Notes: generated from the letters alone by a model not told the origin. A DNA stretch of 63,240 nt from Anaerolineales bacterium (GCA_016789175.1 JAEURK010000008.1:1-63240); one strand, 5' to 3'; counted from the stretch's first letter, positions 34,022 to 50,258 are shown. Program-made: numbers and translations.

Positions 34022-36052
34022 TCACCGCACCGTGTGGTACTTCTTGATAAACGCCAGCGGGTCCGTGTACACCGCGAGCACACCGGCCAGATTGTCACCG
34101 GGCCAGTGGCCGGGCGTGGTCTTGAGCACCGGGTCGAGCGCGATGTCGAAGTGCAGGTGATAGTTATTCGGCGCGTACTCGCCGATCGCGGCGATGCGCG
34201 CGCCGCGCTTGACGTCCTGGCCCTCGGTGACGGTCAGGTCGGTCAGGTGGGCATAACGCGCCCAAACCACGCGGCTCTCGCCGGGCACGGCGTGCTCGAT
34301 CACGATGACGTTGCCCCAGCCGGAGCTCAGGCGCCGGGCCCAAAGCACCTTGCCGTCGCCGATCGCATAGATCGGCGCGTCCTTGTCGGCGATCACCGAA
34401 CCGCCGTCGAGGTTGAGGTCCGAGCCAGTGTGCACGGCCCAGCGGTTGCCGAGCCAATACCGCGATCCGATCGGGTTGACGTCGAACCACTTGCCGGTCC
34501 AGTACAGATAGCCGCCGCCGGTGCGCCGGCCGTCGGCGATCACGCCGGCGCGCTCGGCGTCGGTGCCGACCGGTGAGTCGAGGCCGGTCACGGTTTGCAC
34601 CGGCGTGACAGGTGTCGCGGCGGTCACGGGCCGCCAGCGGAGCGCGCCAAAGGTCACCTCGAAGTGCCCGCTGGGATGTGTGGCCGGGTTGACAAAGGTG
34701 ATGTCTGCGACGTTGACCCGGCCCGAATCACCCTGGGTGGGCGTGAACTCGAACTGCTCGACCAGCGGCTGGTTGGGCACGCCGTTGACCACAGTCCCGC
34801 GGATCGGCGCCCACTCGTCGCTGTAGATTGCCTGATTGAGGACGCAGGTCGTCTCGCGCCGCTGGCCGTTCGGGTAATCCACGACGATGTAGTGCACGTC
34901 GGGCGAGTAAGCGTTGTCGCGCGGGATGTAGGCCTCGAGCACGTACTTGCCCCGCCCGAGGATGCGCGGCTGGTAGGTGACGTATAGGGTCTGATTGTTG
35001 TGAACTGCGTTCCGATAGGCGTAGGGCCGCCCCTGGTTGTCCACCGAGACGTTCCACCCGCGGCTGAGCACGGCCGGGTCGTCGTAGTAGTGGATCGAGA
35101 ACTCCCCCGTGCGCTCGTTATTGGGATCAACCACGATCTCACGCGCCGGCGAGTCGGCTGGCAGCGGCGGGCGGATCACGACCGGCGGGGTCGAGGGCGG
35201 CGGTGTGACCACCGGCGTCCCGGTCGGGCGCGGTACCTTGGCCACCTGTACCAGGTCCGCCGGGCCGAGGCCCTCGTCCGGGATATTCAAACCCTTGCCG
35301 TAGCGATACCACGACAGGCCCTTGGCTTTGAAAGTGTTGACCGCGATCCCGGCTGATACGGGGATGTCGCTGGCCGGGTACAGGCCGATGCTCCCGCCGG
35401 GCGAATAGCCCTGCATCATCGGGTGGACCGGCTTGCCCCAGCTGCCGACTGCGTTATAGCAATTCTGCAACGCCGTCGTGACGCTTTGGCCGAAATGGTA
35501 GTGGTAGACCATCGGATGCATACTGTCGATCTCGGGGAACCAGACCGACTGCACCCACAGCTGTTGGGGGCGTGTGCCGCGATAGTCAAAGATCAGGCCG
35601 ACATGGAAGTTCGAACCGACGCGCTGCCGGATGCCGGTCGCGATCGTCCGCGCCACGGCCTCCGTGCCGACAAAGTAGAAATCGCCCGGCTCCAGGTCGA
35701 TCGACAGCGACTTGACGCCCGAGACCTGGCAGATCTCGACGAATCGATCGATCTCGGCCGCCGCGTTCAAGCCGCGGACCACGCCCCAAGCATGGAACTC
35801 CAGGCCGCGCGCACCCAGGGTGTCGACCCACCGGCGGATGTCGGCCCCCGAGTTGATCGCCAGGTCCGGCTTGCTCGAATCGATCGAACCCTGCCAGAGC
35901 GAGCCGTTGTTGGTTTTGACCATCACGCCGGTGATATTCGGGGCGCCGTTTTTGATGGTGTCGGCCATCTGACCGATGCTGGTCTCGGTGATGGAATTCG
36001 GCGTCCAGAAGATCAGGCTGAGTTTGCCTTCAAAAAGTGTCGGTTGACCCAT
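34022..36052 (-). CDS. multidomain M23 peptidoglycan hydrolase (N-terminal TIM-barrel-like domain, beta-sandwich, C-terminal M23)
   Basis: Trimmed to ATG 36052. C-terminal M23 motifs are HTGSD (HxxxD) and YHLHFD (HxH). Assignment of the N-terminal ~280 aa as glycoside-hydrolase-like is a weak impression only. TACAAT lies 6 nt upstream of the ATG. No signal peptide seen. Confidence 0.8.
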   Translation of the reverse strand: MGQPTLFEGKLSLIFWTPNSITETSIGQMADTIKNGAPNITGVMVKTNNGSLWQGSIDSSKPDLAINSGADIRRWVDTLGARGLEFHAWGVVRGLNAAAEIDRFVEICQVSGVKSLSIDLEPGDFYFVGTEAVARTIATGIRQRVGSNFHVGLIFDYRGTRPQQLWVQSVWFPEIDSMHPMVYHYHFGQSVTTALQNCYNAVGSWGKPVHPMMQGYSPGGSIGLYPASDIPVSAGIAVNTFKAKGLSWYRYGKGLNIPDEGLGPADLVQVAKVPRPTGTPVVTPPPSTPPVVIRPPLPADSPAREIVVDPNNERTGEFSIHYYDDPAVLSRGWNVSVDNQGRPYAYRNAVHNNQTLYVTYQPRILGRGKYVLEAYIPRDNAYSPDVHYIVVDYPNGQRRETTCVLNQAIYSDEWAPIRGTVVNGVPNQPLVEQFEFTPTQGDSGRVNVADITFVNPATHPSGHFEVTFGALRWRPVTAATPVTPVQTVTGLDSPVGTDAERAGVIADGRRTGGGYLYWTGKWFDVNPIGSRYWLGNRWAVHTGSDLNLDGGSVIADKDAPIYAIGDGKVLWARRLSSGWGNVIVIEHAVPGESRVVWARYAHLTDLTVTEGQDVKRGARIAAIGEYAPNNYHLHFDIALDPVLKTTPGHWPGDNLAGVLAVYTDPLAFIKKYHTVR

Positions 36053-36228
36053 AGTGGGATTGTAAAGCAAGAAAAGTGCCAGGCAAGCCGGTTGCACCCC
36101 CGACCTTTCCCGGACCTTTGGTCCGTTTTTTCCTGAGGCGGACCCGGGCTACAATGGCGGCTCGGAAAGGACCTTGCGAAACCGGAACGGGGGAACCCCT
36201 CCGTTCCGGATTTCGTTCTCCATTTATC

Positions 36229-38412
36229 ATGAAGCGACGCTCTCTGCTGGCGCCTGTCGTGCCGGTTTTCCTGATCGTATCCCTTCTGGCAGGCTGTGTG
36301 TCGATGCCGGAGCCGACCCGGCCCAGCAACCCGCGCACGACAGTCCCGACCTGGACCCTGCCCTTTGGCCCGTCTGAGACGCCCGGCGCGCTGCTCGAAA
36401 CTCAAGCGCCGGTCGTCAGCACCCCCGATCCGGCCGAGACGAGCGTGCCGGGCACCGTCACGCCCACCGCCCGCCCGGGGATCGACCCGACTCTGGGAGC
36501 GGTCGGCCCGGACCCGTCGGCTGAGCTGGTGACACCCATCCCGGAGCCGATGCCGCAGCTGTTTCTCGACGAGGGCGTGTACAACATCCTCCTTCTGGGG
36601 CGCGACACCAGTCGCGACTCGGGCACTTACCGCACCGACGTCATGATCGTGGTCTCAATAAACAAGACCGCCAACGCCGTGACGATGTTGACGTTGCCGC
36701 GCGATCTCTTTGTGTACATCCCGGGCTGGACCATGAACCGGCTGAACACGGCCGCCGCGCACGGCGATGCGATCGGCTATCCCGGCGGCGGGGTCGCGCT
36801 TCTGGAACAGACCATCCTTTACAACTTCGGCATCCCGATCCACGGTTGGGCCCGGATCGACTTCGACGGCTTCAAACAGGTCGTCAATGTGCTGGGCGGG
36901 GTCGAGGTGCCGGTCAGTTGCCCGATGCAGGATTGGCGCCTGCGCGACACCGCGCTCGATCCGCAGGATGCCGATAACTGGGAGCTGTACACTGTGCCGG
37001 TCGGCCTGGTCGAAATGGATGGCGACTACGCCCTGTGGTATGCCCGCTCACGCAAGCGCTCGAGCGACTTCGACCGCTCGCGGCGCCAACACCAGGTGCT
37101 GCGCGCCCTGTTCGAAAAGGGCTTGCAGCTGGGCATGCTGCCCAAGGCGCCCGAGCTCTACGCCCAGTACGTCCAGATCGTGGACACCGATCTGGGCATC
37201 GGCGATATCCTGCAGTTCGTGCCGATGGCGGCCCAAATCGATCCAAGCCGGATCAAGTCGCGGTTCGTCGGCCGCGATCAGGTCTGGAGCTGGACCACGC
37301 CCGGCGGCGCCGCGGTGCTTCTGCCCGATCGGGGCGCGATCAGCGCCCTGCTCCAGGAGGCCTTCCTGCCGCCGCCCGGCAACAGCCTGTCACGCAGCGG
37401 CCCGGCCGTGGAGGTCTGGAACGGCACGCGCTTCAATGACTACACGGCGCTGGCGGTCGACAACCTGCAGTGGTCGGGCGTGACGCCGGTCGTCGGCCAA
37501 AGTGATCGGACCGATTACGCCAACACCGTGTTGTACGACTACACCACCAGCCCGAAGGGTTCGATCCGAGCGGAGTTGCAGCAGATCTTCAGGATCCCAG
37601 ATGAACGCGTGATCGCTCAGCCCGACGCGGCCGCGACCTCGCCTTATCGGGTCATCCTGGGTGCGGATTACGATCCGTGCTTGAAGCCCTCGACCTCCAT
37701 TGTGCGCCCGACGCCCACGCCGGGGCCGGGGCAGGCGCCGGTCGCCGGCGGGCCCAGCGGCCCGCTCACGGGGCTGGTGCGCGTCACGGAACAGACGCCG
37801 CAGATCAACGGTGACCTGAGCGAGTGGCCGGCGCTGGTCTATCCCGCCAGCCGGGTCGGGTTCGGTGCAGACAATTGGACCGGTGCAGCTGATGCGTCGG
37901 CCTCCTGGAACGTGGTTTGGGACGATGCCCGCCTGTACTTCGCCGTGCGGGTCCAGGACGACGTCTTTGTGCAGCAGTCCGGTGGCGAGGCGCTGTTCAG
38001 GGGAGACAGCGTCGAGATCTGGCTGAGCACCGGGCCAGGCGAGCGCCAGGCGACCCTGAGTGGTCGCGAGTACCAGATCGGTGTTTCGCCGGGAGATCTG
38101 GCCGGCGGAACTTCAGGCCCAGACGCCTTCTTCTGGCTGCCCCAGCAGTTCCGACGACCGGTCGGGCAAGAGGTTGGAATCGCTGCCCGGCGGACGGAAA
38201 CCGGTTACAACCTCGAGTTCACTATTCCCTGGAGCCTTGTGGGGACGACACCGACGGTTGGGCGAGAGTTCGCCCTGATCCTGGCCCTTGATGACGACGA
38301 TACGCCCGGCACAGGCGATCAGGAGAGCCAGATCACAAGTATCGCCGGCGCGCAGCTGGCGAACCCTTTGACCTGGAACAATCTGGTCATCCTCGAAGAC
38401 GCGACGCCGTGA
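36229..38412 (+). CDS. LytR-CpsA-Psr (LCP) family protein with LytR_C and CBM9-like C-terminal domains
   Basis: Trimmed to ATG 36229 (MKRRSLLAPVVPVFLIVSLLAGC, lipoprotein-type signal). LCP core (RTDVMIVVSIN ... LTLPRDL), a LytR_C-like segment (VEVWNGTRFNDYTALA) and a C-terminal sugar-binding-like domain (INGDLSEWP ... WDDARLYFAVRVQDD ... DSVEIWL). Confidence 0.8.
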   Translation: MKRRSLLAPVVPVFLIVSLLAGCVSMPEPTRPSNPRTTVPTWTLPFGPSETPGALLETQAPVVSTPDPAETSVPGTVTPTARPGIDPTLGAVGPDPSAELVTPIPEPMPQLFLDEGVYNILLLGRDTSRDSGTYRTDVMIVVSINKTANAVTMLTLPRDLFVYIPGWTMNRLNTAAAHGDAIGYPGGGVALLEQTILYNFGIPIHGWARIDFDGFKQVVNVLGGVEVPVSCPMQDWRLRDTALDPQDADNWELYTVPVGLVEMDGDYALWYARSRKRSSDFDRSRRQHQVLRALFEKGLQLGMLPKAPELYAQYVQIVDTDLGIGDILQFVPMAAQIDPSRIKSRFVGRDQVWSWTTPGGAAVLLPDRGAISALLQEAFLPPPGNSLSRSGPAVEVWNGTRFNDYTALAVDNLQWSGVTPVVGQSDRTDYANTVLYDYTTSPKGSIRAELQQIFRIPDERVIAQPDAAATSPYRVILGADYDPCLKPSTSIVRPTPTPGPGQAPVAGGPSGPLTGLVRVTEQTPQINGDLSEWPALVYPASRVGFGADNWTGAADASASWNVVWDDARLYFAVRVQDDVFVQQSGGEALFRGDSVEIWLSTGPGERQATLSGREYQIGVSPGDLAGGTSGPDAFFWLPQQFRRPVGQEVGIAARRTETGYNLEFTIPWSLVGTTPTVGREFALILALDDDDTPGTGDQESQITSIAGAQLANPLTWNNLVILEDATP

Positions 38413-38453
38413 TGGCGGTCGACCAGTAACCGCGCGCCAGCGCGACGAGGTGA

Positions 38454-38493
38454 ACGGGCATACGATCGCCAGGTTGGACGATCGTATGCCCGT
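38454..38493 (+). terminator. hairpin terminator after the LCP gene
   Basis: Perfect 15-bp stem ACGGGCATACGATCG / CGATCGTATGCCCGT with a 10-nt loop; there is no clear U tract. Confidence 0.55.
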
Positions 38494-38637
38494 CTCCCTC
38501 ACGGCGGCTGCGTTCCTCAATACGCCCCCACAAAGTTGGCAATGGGTTTGATTTTCGTAAATTCTGCGTGAAGAGCAGCGAAATCCAACGTAAGGTTCGG
38601 GGCAAGCCTTGGCGATTCCCCGTACAATCTATGCGTT

Positions 38638-41600
38638 ATGACGTCCGCGAATCTCAGGGAAGAGAACAGGGACGGTCTCCCCGTTCACGAGCGCCCTATG
38701 CCGCCCACCATGGCGGGGCGCCCATTCGGTATTGGCGCCGATGGGCGCGCCATCACGGAGATTCGGGGCGACAACATTCGTCTATTGGTCGCTTATTTGA
38801 GCCATCGGAGCGAGGCATTGACGCGCCAGCGCTACGGCGCGGCAGCGTCTGCTCCCGACGCTTCCGAGGCGATCGCAGCCGCGGGTCGTCTGGCGGTGGA
38901 TGAGCTGGTGCGCCGGCTGAACGCCAGCATCGCGGATTCGGCTTACCACCTCACAACCGATGACCTGGCTCGATCGGGTGTGGGTTATTCCTACGAGTTC
39001 TTCGTCTATGCCGTAACGTACTGCCAGGAGATCACAGGCGACGCCGATTTCGCCTATCGCTGGATGCCGGAGATGGGCTTGCCGGCGGGTTGGGTTGTGT
39101 ACACAGGCCTGCCGATCGGGCTCGTTTATGCCTCACTGCCCTTCCTGGTGCGATTGCTGAGCCAGGCGCGTCTGCAATGCCAGCGGCTCTCAGACCGGCA
39201 GATGGTCGTCCGCCTCCACGCCGGCGACTCTCCCGTTGTGCTGCCGGACGCGGTCGCGGCCCGGCTTTTCGCGATCTCGCGCGACGTCCTGGCCGGCGTC
39301 CTGACCGAAATCCCGAGACTGCACGCCAACATGCCTCGGGCGGAGCTGATCGAGCGCCACGACCTGCTCAAAGGTGATCCCTACACCGAGTGGGAGGTCA
39401 CCTGGCAAAACCCGAACGTCGACCTGTTTCCGACTGTCGCGAACATCACGGCACTGGTGGCCATGATCGGCGGCGTCGTCGCTGCGTTGGCCAACCCACC
39501 TCAGACCTGGGGCTGGGGCCTGGCAGCCTTGATGGCTGTCTGGCTGAGCTTCATGCATTGGCGCCAGGTGCGGTCGAACGCGGCTGCCACCGACCGCGCC
39601 CAGGCCGAAACCGAGCGCGCGCTCGATCTACAGATCTCGGCGTTGGAAGAAACGAGCGGCAGACTCCAGAGCCAGAACATCGACTTGCAGCACAAGCTCA
39701 AAGAGATTCGGCTCCTGCAGGACGTCAGCGGGGCCGTCAATGCGGCCGAAACGCTGCCCACCCTGGCCGTGGCCAGCCTGAACGCGATCTGCAATCACCT
39801 GGCCTATCGCAAGTCCTGGCTGCTCCTCATCGATGCGATCACCGGGCAGATCGACTGGGGCTGGGTCAGCGACACGACTTGCAGTGTCCGCACCCTCCAT
39901 CTCGATCAACTGCCGCCCGAGATGACGAGCTTCGTCGCGGAATGCGCGTCGGCCCGCGAACCAGTGCGCTTGAGTTCGACACACGGATTCCTGAGCGACG
40001 CGGCGCGCGCGACCTTGACCCGGCTGGATGCCACGCAACTGCACGCGCTGCCGCTGGTGGCCAAAGAACGCCTGCTCGGCGTGCTCCTGGCGGATCCGGG
40101 TGCCATCGAAGCCGACGTTGAAGCGGCGGTCTGGGCCTGCGCCCGCCAGATCGCCACCGGGATCAATCATCTCCGGTGGCACGGACGCCTCGAACTCGAG
40201 GTCTCACAACGCACGGCCGAACTGGCCCGCACCAACCAGGCGTTAACCCGCCGAGCCTCCGAGTTGGATTTGCTGGCACGCTGTCGCGAACTCCTCAGCC
40301 GTGAGATCACCTATCCGGTGTTTGTCGTCGAAGTGGCCGCGATCATGCGCGAGTTGTTCGGGTACGACCGCATCGCCATCTATGCGATGCATGGCCCGGA
40401 GCTCGAACTCCTGCATGAGTTGGGTCAGGTAGCGCCCGGCGACGGTTTTGGCGCTGGGAATTTCGTTCTGAGCCCCGACCCGGTCGATCCGTCTGGGACA
40501 CCTCCGGCCAACGAAATCTACGCGCCGATCCGCGATGGCGATCAAGTCATCGGCGTCTTGAGCGTGGGTGCGACTCCACCCAACAGCCTGACGTCTGAGG
40601 ACGCCGACCTCTTGATCATGGTCGCCGAAAAGTTGGGGTTGGGTGCGACGAGCGCCCGATTGCGCTCCGCTGCTGCGGCGGAGCTCGTTGAACGAGAGCG
40701 GGCCGAGGAAGCCGCCCGGCAGCGCGCCCAGAATCTGGAGGAACTCAACCAGGTCATGGTCCTGGCCTCGCGGACCCTCGATCTCGAGCAGTTGCTCGAT
40801 CAACTGCCCCGTCAGGCCGCCGCCCTGCTCCGTGCCAGCTCGAGCGCGCTATCGCTGGTGAGCGCCGATCGACAGTACGTCGACGTCGCCGGGCGCTACA
40901 ACGTGCCCGATGTGATGCCCATGGGTTTCCGTGTGCCGATCGAGCACGGCCTGACCGGGGTAGCCTTCCGCACTGCTCGCGCCGTTCAAGTCGGGGATTA
41001 CTCGTCAAGCCCGAACGCCCTCGACGAGATCCGCGACTCATTGCAGGCCCTGATCATGGCGCCGATGTTCGACCTGCAGGGCCAACCTTTGGGCATCCTG
41101 GCCGTCGCCGACAGCGATCCCAACCGGATCTTCTCCGAAGACGACGTCCGCGTGCTCACGGTTTTCGCCCGTCAGTCCGGGATCCTGATCCAAAACGCGC
41201 GCTTGCATCAGGACACCATCGCGGCCGTCTCCAGGCGCGAGGTCTTGTATCGCGTGAGCCACAAGCTCACGGCGACCGCCACAATCGCCGAGATTGGCCA
41301 GACGGTGCGCGACGCCGTGGCTCAGATCATGCCGGTCGACCTGTTTATGCTGGCGCGGCTGCTTCCCGACGGCCGCACGGTACGGTATGAGTACGTCGTC
41401 GATGCCGGCGTCGTCCTTGAGACCCAGACCGTCGATATCTCCGAGAAACGTCTGGCGACACACGTGATCCGCACCGGTGAGACGGTGCTCTTCGACGACA
41501 TCAGCCTTCCGGAAGTGCAGGCCATCGTCGGCTCGCACTTCCTGGCCGGAGACAGCGCGGTTCGTCGCCGTGCCGTGCTGGGCACCCCGCTCCGCCTGGG

Positions 41601-44600
41601 GGATCGAATCGTCGGAATGCTGTCGTTCCAGGCGCATTGGCCGCGGTCCTTTTCGGAAGACGATCGCGATCTCGCCGAGCTGCTGGCCAACCTGGTGGCG
41701 ACGGCCGTGGAGAACGCCCGGCTGTACGCCGAGGCACAGCAACGCATCGCCGAATCGGAGATCCTGTATGACGCCGGCCTCGCGGTGTCCGGTTCGCTCA
41801 ACCAGGAAACGGCCTTGGAGCGCATCCTGGACGGCCTGCAGCGCGTCGTCGGGTATGAAACCGCCTCGGTCCAATTGCTTCGCGACGGCGCGCTCGAGAT
41901 CATCGGCGCGCGCGGTTGGCCCGACCCGCACGAGGTCATCGGGTTCCGCATCCCGGTGCCCGGAGACAACCCCAATGCCGTCGTGATCGCCACACGCAAG
42001 CCGGTGCGGCACGACGACGTCGGCGCCCACTACGCCATCTTCCGCCAAACCGGCAACGCCCAACACATTCGCTCCTGGCTGGGCGTGCCGTTGATCGTGC
42101 GGGATCGGATCCTGGGCATGCTGGCGATCGACCACACCCAGCCCGCAGTGTTTACACCCGACCATGAGCGCTTGGTGCGCTCGTTTGCGGCCCAGGTGGC
42201 GGTGGCGATCGAGAACGCGGGCCTGTATGAAGATCAGCGCCTGGCGACCGAGCGGCGCGAGTTGATGTATCAAATCAGCCGCGACATCAATGCCAGCATC
42301 GATCAGTCGCAGATTTGTGCCGCGATTGACGCGGCATTGCGGCGGGTGATCGCCTTCGACTTCATTGCCATTGGGTTGAAAGACGCCAACCCGGCCACCC
42401 ACGCCGTGATCTTCGCGCGCTTCAATGACATCACCCGCGGGGTCAGGACCTATGCCTCCGGCACCGGTCTGTTAGGGTACGTCATCGAGCGCGGAGAGCG
42501 AGTTCTGCGCAACAGCAACGCCGCTGACTTCCTCAAGCAGGTCGATTCGCATGAGTTCATGCCCGAAGACCCCACGCTGGCCTCACGCGACCAGATCCGT
42601 GCCCTGATCGCCGTCCCAATCCGGATCGGGAACGTCTCACTTGGCGCGATCACACTTCAGGGTGTGCAGACCGAAAGCACCTTTACACCGGACGATCTGG
42701 AACTCCTGGAATTGGTCGCCAATCAGGCCGGCATCGCTTTTGAAAACGCGCGATTGTACGCCGAGCAAAAAGCGGCAGCCGATCGCCGCGATGTGCTCTA
42801 CCAGATCACGCGCGAGATCGGGGCGAGCATCGATCGCGATCAGATCTGTCAGGCGATCGATCGCTCGTTGCGAAAGGTGATCCAGGCCGATTTCATCGCG
42901 ATCGCCCTTTTGACACCGGACCAGCGTGAACATGAGATCGTTTATCTGCGGATCGATGACAGCCTCGGCGAAAAGCTGCGTCGCCCCGCCGGAGACGGTT
43001 TTCTCGGGCATGTGATCACGACCGGCAAGTCGTACGTGTGCAATTCGGGTGTGCTTGACCTGCTGCGCCAACATCAGGCCACCATCTTCACGCCGGAAGG
43101 CGACCACCTGCCTGCCAGCGCCAACCAGTCGCCGATCGAGGCCCTGCTCGCCCTGCCGATCCGCCTTGGCAACAACGTGATCGGAGCGATCACCCTTCAA
43201 TCGAGCGTCCCGGATCGGCTCTACACGGAGGAAGACGCCGCCTGGTTGGCGGCCGTCGCCAGTCAGGCCGGCACCGCGTTCGAAAACGCCGATCTGTACC
43301 AGGCTCAGCGCGAGTCTGCCGAGCGGCGGGCCCGATTGTATGCGGGCAGCCAGGCCATCAGCACGTCGATCGACCGCGAGCAGGTTTGTCTCTCGATCCA
43401 TCAAACGCTGGCGGCCGTCATCGACGTCTTCGGGATCGCCATCGCGATCGTGTCGGATGACGGTCTGACGCACGAGGTGGTCTACATCGACGCCGACGGC
43501 ACGCGGCTGCCCAACCGGGTCCGCGACCTCGGCACGGGAGTCCTTGGTCGTGTCATGGTCGCCGGTGCGCCCTTTGTCGCGGAAGACAACGCCGAAACGT
43601 ATATGACAGGCCTCGGCCCGGAGTTTCACAAGGAGGGTCAACCCGCGATCCGCTCTGCGATGGCGGTGCCGCTCCGCATCGGTCAGAAGGTGCTCGGCGC
43701 TTTCGTCGTCCATAGCCTCTTGCCGCACGCTTATCAGACCGAAGACCTGCAGCTGGCCGAGCAACTGGCTGCCCACGCCGCCGCAGCCTTTGAAAACGCC
43801 CGTCTCTTCATGCAGAACCGGGCCGCGCGCGAATCGGCCGAGGCCGCCAACCAGGCGAAGAGCCAGTTCCTGGCCACGATGAGCCATGAGATCCGAACAC
43901 CCATGAACGGCGTCACGGGCATGACCAGCCTGCTCCTCGAGTCGCCTCTCAACGCGCAACAACTGGGCCTGGTGCAGACGATTCGGAGCAGCAGCGAAGT
44001 GCTGCTCAACCTGATCAACGATCTGCTCGACTTCTCGAAAATCGAGGCCGGCAAGCTCGAACTCGAGCAGCGCCCGTTCGGCGTCCGGCAGATGGTCGAG
44101 GGCGTGCTCGATCTGGTGGCCATGCGCGCGGCGGAAAAGGAGCTCGACCTGGCCCTGCTGGTGGAGCCGGATGTCCCCGAGCGCCTGATCGGCGACGAGA
44201 TGCGCCTGCGGCAGGTGCTGACCAACCTGTTGAACAACGCCGTGAAGTTCACGGATGTGGGAGAGATCACGGTGCATGTGCGCCGGGCATCGTTGGATGT
44301 GGCAGAGCTCAGTGGCATCGGGCAGACCGAGAAACTGGTCTTCACGGTCCGCGACACCGGTCTGGGGATCGCGCCACACCTTCAGAGCCGGCTGTTTCGC
44401 GCCTTCAGCCAGGTCGACTCGACTATCACACGCCGCTTCGGTGGAACCGGCCTCGGCCTGGCGATCTCGCGCTCACTGATCGAGGCGATGGGCGGCCGGA
44501 TCTGGGTCGAGAGCGATGGCATCCCGGGCGAGGGCACGCGCTTCATCTTCACCCTCGAAGCGCCAACGGCAGAGCCGACCGAGCCGGTCGATGAGCCGGT

Positions 44601-45795
44601 CAGTCTGTTCAGCGGGCGCCGCGTATTGATCGTCGAGCGGCACGGCTTCACCCGCCAGGCGCTGGCCCTCACGCTGCGCGGCTGGGGCCTGCGCCCGGCC
44701 CCAACCGACACGGTCGCTGAGGCGTGCGAGCTCTTGCGCCAGGAGCGTGTGTTCGATCTGGTGATCGCCGACGCCACCACCCTCGGCGATCAGGACGAGC
44801 ACTTCCGCGCGGTCCTGAGCGAGCGCAGCGACCCGCCGGCGCCCATGATCCTGGTCACACAGCTCCTGGCGAGCCAGGTCATCACGCCTGGAATGCTCTG
44901 GCTGACCAAACCCGTGCGATCCACCGCCATGCGCGAGATCGTCCTGCACGCGCTCGCCAACGGCGCGGGTCCGACCATCACGGTGCCGGTCAACGTTGCA
45001 ACCGGTCCGGCCCTTCGGACGGAGGGCAGGCGCGGGCGTGTGCTGCTGGTGGAAGACAACGAGATCAATCAGAAGCTCGCCCTGCTGATGCTAGAGAAGC
45101 TGGACTACACGGCCGAGTTGGCCGTGAATGGCCGGGAGGCCCTCGCCGCTGTGGCGAGCCAGTGCTACGACGTGGTGCTGATGGATATGCAGATGCCCGT
45201 CCTGGACGGGTTGAGCGCAACGCGTCGGATCCGCCAGGAGTTGCCGGACGAGCAACAGCCGTACATCATTGCGCTAACGGCCAACGCCATGCCCGGTGAT
45301 CGCCAAGCCTGCCTTGACGCCGGCATGAACGATTACCTCTCGAAGCCGCTCCAGATCAAAGACCTGCGCGCCGCCTTCTCGCGTTGGGAGAACCACGAAA
45401 CGCCTGCAGCGCCGCTGAACCCGCCGAGCGAACCGGCGCCCAACGGGTTGGCGGCCGATCCGATGACGGGTTTGCGGGAGATGACCGAGGAGTACGGGCA
45501 AGACGTTGTGGCTCAGATCGCCCGCCAGTTCGTCGACGCGGTGCCCGCGATCCTTGGCGACCTCACCGCCCAGGTCACGCAGGGGGATTTGACTCAGCTG
45601 CGAGCCACAGCCCATAGCCTGAAGGGCAGCAGCGGTAATCTGGGCCTGAAGCGCACCCAAAGCCTGGCCGCCTTGCTCGAACAGGTGGCGCGCGAAGGCC
45701 GGCTCCCGGAGGCCCCGCCCCTGCTCGAGCAACTGGATCTCACACTCCGTTCCACCGCGGCCTCGATCCAGCGCGAGTTCGTGTCTGTAGAGTGA
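38638..45795 (+). CDS. giant hybrid sensor histidine kinase: N-terminal domain, 2 TM helices, 8 GAF domains, HisKA, HATPase, pseudo-REC, REC, HPt
   Basis: 2385 aa. Eight repeats each end in an ENARLY-type motif. H-box SHEIRTP (His ~1750), N/G boxes ([26 protein letters not shown]). The first REC lacks the acidic pair (LIVERHG). The second REC is canonical (LLVEDNEIN ... VLMDMQMP ... SKP, Asp ~2183). HPt motif [11 protein letters not shown] (His ~2326). Confidence 0.9.
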   Translation: MTSANLREENRDGLPVHERPMPPTMAGRPFGIGADGRAITEIRGDNIRLLVAYLSHRSEALTRQRYGAAASAPDASEAIAAAGRLAVDELVRRLNASIADSAYHLTTDDLARSGVGYSYEFFVYAVTYCQEITGDADFAYRWMPEMGLPAGWVVYTGLPIGLVYASLPFLVRLLSQARLQCQRLSDRQMVVRLHAGDSPVVLPDAVAARLFAISRDVLAGVLTEIPRLHANMPRAELIERHDLLKGDPYTEWEVTWQNPNVDLFPTVANITALVAMIGGVVAALANPPQTWGWGLAALMAVWLSFMHWRQVRSNAAATDRAQAETERALDLQISALEETSGRLQSQNIDLQHKLKEIRLLQDVSGAVNAAETLPTLAVASLNAICNHLAYRKSWLLLIDAITGQIDWGWVSDTTCSVRTLHLDQLPPEMTSFVAECASAREPVRLSSTHGFLSDAARATLTRLDATQLHALPLVAKERLLGVLLADPGAIEADVEAAVWACARQIATGINHLRWHGRLELEVSQRTAELARTNQALTRRASELDLLARCRELLSREITYPVFVVEVAAIMRELFGYDRIAIYAMHGPELELLHELGQVAPGDGFGAGNFVLSPDPVDPSGTPPANEIYAPIRDGDQVIGVLSVGATPPNSLTSEDADLLIMVAEKLGLGATSARLRSAAAAELVERERAEEAARQRAQNLEELNQVMVLASRTLDLEQLLDQLPRQAAALLRASSSALSLVSADRQYVDVAGRYNVPDVMPMGFRVPIEHGLTGVAFRTARAVQVGDYSSSPNALDEIRDSLQALIMAPMFDLQGQPLGILAVADSDPNRIFSEDDVRVLTVFARQSGILIQNARLHQDTIAAVSRREVLYRVSHKLTATATIAEIGQTVRDAVAQIMPVDLFMLARLLPDGRTVRYEYVVDAGVVLETQTVDISEKRLATHVIRTGETVLFDDISLPEVQAIVGSHFLAGDSAVRRRAVLGTPLRLGDRIVGMLSFQAHWPRSFSEDDRDLAELLANLVATAVENARLYAEAQQRIAESEILYDAGLAVSGSLNQETALERILDGLQRVVGYETASVQLLRDGALEIIGARGWPDPHEVIGFRIPVPGDNPNAVVIATRKPVRHDDVGAHYAIFRQTGNAQHIRSWLGVPLIVRDRILGMLAIDHTQPAVFTPDHERLVRSFAAQVAVAIENAGLYEDQRLATERRELMYQISRDINASIDQSQICAAIDAALRRVIAFDFIAIGLKDANPATHAVIFARFNDITRGVRTYASGTGLLGYVIERGERVLRNSNAADFLKQVDSHEFMPEDPTLASRDQIRALIAVPIRIGNVSLGAITLQGVQTESTFTPDDLELLELVANQAGIAFENARLYAEQKAAADRRDVLYQITREIGASIDRDQICQAIDRSLRKVIQADFIAIALLTPDQREHEIVYLRIDDSLGEKLRRPAGDGFLGHVITTGKSYVCNSGVLDLLRQHQATIFTPEGDHLPASANQSPIEALLALPIRLGNNVIGAITLQSSVPDRLYTEEDAAWLAAVASQAGTAFENADLYQAQRESAERRARLYAGSQAISTSIDREQVCLSIHQTLAAVIDVFGIAIAIVSDDGLTHEVVYIDADGTRLPNRVRDLGTGVLGRVMVAGAPFVAEDNAETYMTGLGPEFHKEGQPAIRSAMAVPLRIGQKVLGAFVVHSLLPHAYQTEDLQLAEQLAAHAAAAFENARLFMQNRAARESAEAANQAKSQFLATMSHEIRTPMNGVTGMTSLLLESPLNAQQLGLVQTIRSSSEVLLNLINDLLDFSKIEAGKLELEQRPFGVRQMVEGVLDLVAMRAAEKELDLALLVEPDVPERLIGDEMRLRQVLTNLLNNAVKFTDVGEITVHVRRASLDVAELSGIGQTEKLVFTVRDTGLGIAPHLQSRLFRAFSQVDSTITRRFGGTGLGLAISRSLIEAMGGRIWVESDGIPGEGTRFIFTLEAPTAEPTEPVDEPVSLFSGRRVLIVERHGFTRQALALTLRGWGLRPAPTDTVAEACELLRQERVFDLVIADATTLGDQDEHFRAVLSERSDPPAPMILVTQLLASQVITPGMLWLTKPVRSTAMREIVLHALANGAGPTITVPVNVATGPALRTEGRRGRVLLVEDNEINQKLALLMLEKLDYTAELAVNGREALAAVASQCYDVVLMDMQMPVLDGLSATRRIRQELPDEQQPYIIALTANAMPGDRQACLDAGMNDYLSKPLQIKDLRAAFSRWENHETPAAPLNPPSEPAPNGLAADPMTGLREMTEEYGQDVVAQIARQFVDAVPAILGDLTAQVTQGDLTQLRATAHSLKGSSGNLGLKRTQSLAALLEQVAREGRLPEAPPLLEQLDLTLRSTAASIQREFVSVE

Positions 45796-45862
45796 GCGAC
45801 TCTGCGTAAAACGAACCGAGCCGGGCAATGCCCGGCTCGTTTCGTTTTACGCAGAGTCGCTC
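45794..45862. terminator. 34-bp hairpin filling the convergent gap between the kinase gene and rpoC
   Basis: GAGCGACTCTGCGTAAAACGAACCGAGCCGGGCA pairs with TGCCCGGCTCGTTTCGTTTTACGCAGAGTCGCTC with one mismatch. It overlaps the kinase stop codon and ends 3 nt before the rpoC stop. Confidence 0.7.
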
Positions 45863-45865
45863 ACA

Positions 45866-50155
<4,290 letters not shown>

Positions 50156-50200
50156 GCACGAACCTCCACGATGAACGTGAATCAGAACAGACGTGCTAAC

Positions 50201-50237
50201 TTAGGGGAATAGAAAAACAAGCGCCCGAAAAAGCTTT
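50201..50237 (-). terminator. canonical intrinsic terminator inside the rpoC leader (attenuator candidate)
   Basis: Minus strand: ACAAGCGCCGAAA-GCT-TTTCGGGCGCTTGT, a 13-bp stem with one bulge, followed by TTTTTCT. It lies between the predicted promoter and the rpoC SD. Confidence 0.65.
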
Positions 50238-50258
50238 CGGCGCTTGTAGTTAAGCTGA

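Noticed and set aside
31949-34576. 875-aa plus-strand ORF
   Set aside because: It runs antisense across three well-supported minus-strand genes (GT4, pepT, M23) and straight through two intergenic hairpins. Its composition is dominated by R/G/A/P/D.
41038-44379. 454-aa and 580-aa minus-strand ORFs inside the histidine kinase gene
   Set aside because: They are antisense shadows. The plus frame carries continuous GAF, HisKA and HATPase motifs, and the minus frames have none.
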